From positions 364,149 through 428,148 of the forward strand of contig CAVQNT010000006.1 of assembly GCA_963714275.1 (NCBI GenBank): 64,000 nucleotides of DNA, given 5' to 3'. The number at the start of each line of letters is the position of its first letter. The first letter of the stretch is position 1. This stretch comes from Candidatus Bathyarchaeota archaeon. GTDB lineage: Archaea; Thermoproteota; Bathyarchaeia; Bathyarchaeales; DTEX01. This document shows, one piece after another, positions 63,027 to 64,000 of the stretch. The notes under the pieces are model-generated. The model ran no database searches. It saw nothing but the letters and a program-made list of their open reading frames with translations, and had not been told where the DNA came from. The translations under genes and the position numbers were made by a program.

Positions 63027-64000
63027 TTAGCTTATTTCTGCGCCATTTTTTAAGGGTTTTTCTGGTTGAAGCAGTACGACGTTCTTTTCGTCTTGGGCAG
63101 CTAGAATCATCACTTCGGATTCTATGCCGTAGATTTTTCGGGGTTCAAGGTTCACTATGATTGCGAGCTGCTGACCTACAAGCTGTTCAGGCGAGTAGTA
63201 TTTGGCTATTCCTGCCACCGCGGGTTTCACTTGGTTGTCGCCTATGTCGATTGAAAGTTTCAGTAGATTGCTTGAGCCCTGAACTTGTTCTGCCTTAACA
63301 ATTTTTCCAATACGCAGGTTCATCTTGGAAAATTCTTCGTATGAAACTTTCTGGGACGTTGCTCTCACTTTCTCCAACTTCTCCTGAATCTTTTCTTCTG
63401 AGTCTTCAATCTTGCTAAATAAAGGTTCAGGTTCATTAATCTTGTGACCTGTCAGGAGAGGCTTAACCGCGTCTTCCCATTTTAGGTTGGGGGGCAGATT
63501 CAGGAATTCTCGAAGTTTCTCGCATGTGAAGGGAATAATGGGTTCCAACAAGACAGACAGAGCCTTGACGATCTGAACAGAAACGTAAAGCGTGTTTGCT
63601 GTTAACTGGATGTCTTCTTTGATGGTTTTCCAGGGCTTTTTGTCATTCAGGTACTTGTTTCCTTCTCGGCTTAAATCGAGGATTTCGCGCGTTGCATCTT
63701 GCAGTTGAAACTTTTCAAAACCATTGTCTACTTTCTCGAACGTTTTTTGGATCAGTTGAAGTACCTTTTTGTCTATTTCATCTAAGTCTTTTGAGGTTGG
63801 AACCTGCCCAGCGTAATATCTGGTTATGAACGTAAGAGTGCGGTGGACAAAGTTGCCCAGAGTGTCGTTGAGGTCCGCGTTCACTTTTTCAAGAAAAATT
63901 GCCCAGCTAAAATTGGTGTCTTTCGTTTCAGGTCGGTTGGCGATTAACGTGTACCTCCAGTAATCTGCGGGAAATAGTTCAAGGGCTTCGTCTATCCAGA
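63027..64000 (-). CDS. metG: methionine--tRNA ligase, C-terminal part (5' end outside the window)
   Basis: D.WRY, N..L...LGNF..R, anticodon-binding domain, C-terminal tRNA-binding OB domain. Confidence 0.95.
   Translation of the reverse strand, partial: WIDEALELFPADYWRYTLIANRPETKDTNFSWAIFLEKVNADLNDTLGNFVHRTLTFITRYYAGQVPTSKDLDEIDKKVLQLIQKTFEKVDNGFEKFQLQDATREILDLSREGNKYLNDKKPWKTIKEDIQLTANTLYVSVQIVKALSVLLEPIIPFTCEKLREFLNLPPNLKWEDAVKPLLTGHKINEPEPLFSKIEDSEEKIQEKLEKVRATSQKVSYEEFSKMNLRIGKIVKAEQVQGSSNLLKLSIDIGDNQVKPAVAGIAKYYSPEQLVGQQLAIIVNLEPRKIYGIESEVMILAAQDEKNVVLLQPEKPLKNGAEIS

Overview
Archaeal chromosome segment, most likely Bathyarchaeia/TACK. This is inferred from the eukaryote-like r-proteins L24e/S28e/L7Ae/L18e, Rpo3 with a ferredoxin insert, archaeal mevalonate genes, cdrS-ftsZ, and several UroD/MtaA-like and sugar-oxidoreductase paralogues. 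Core blocks: purSLQ; rpl7ae-rps28e-rpl24e; rps13-rps4-rps11-rpoD-rpl18e-rpl13-rps9-rpoN-eno-rps2-mvk-ipk-fni-idsA-gltX; cofE/mobA/rimK-like; mtaB; cdrS-ftsZ; partial metG; tRNA-Ala(TGC) and an intron-containing tRNA-His(GTG). Accessory regions: about 1-6.2 kb (wHTH genes, palindromic operators, Zn-ribbon tyrosine recombinase), about 12-15.3 kb (island at the tRNA-Ala 3' end with an ABC-ATPase/PIN pair), and 43.5-54 kb (SPFH/radical-SAM operon, dispersed 103-bp repeats, Cas1 remnant). Main leads: (1) a perfect bulge-helix-bulge structure at the start of the recombinase gene, whose splicing would give an in-frame MNGQGR-CPEC N-terminus, i.e. a candidate mRNA intron controlling an integrase; (2) a five-gene SPFH / Cys-rich-tail membrane protein / radical SAM-SPASM operon that looks like a protein-modification system; (3) about 27 apparent frameshifts nearly all lying at AGCT, which points to base-calling errors at a methylated motif, plus an intergenic AGCT cluster. 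All calls were made by eye from motifs; no database searches were run.
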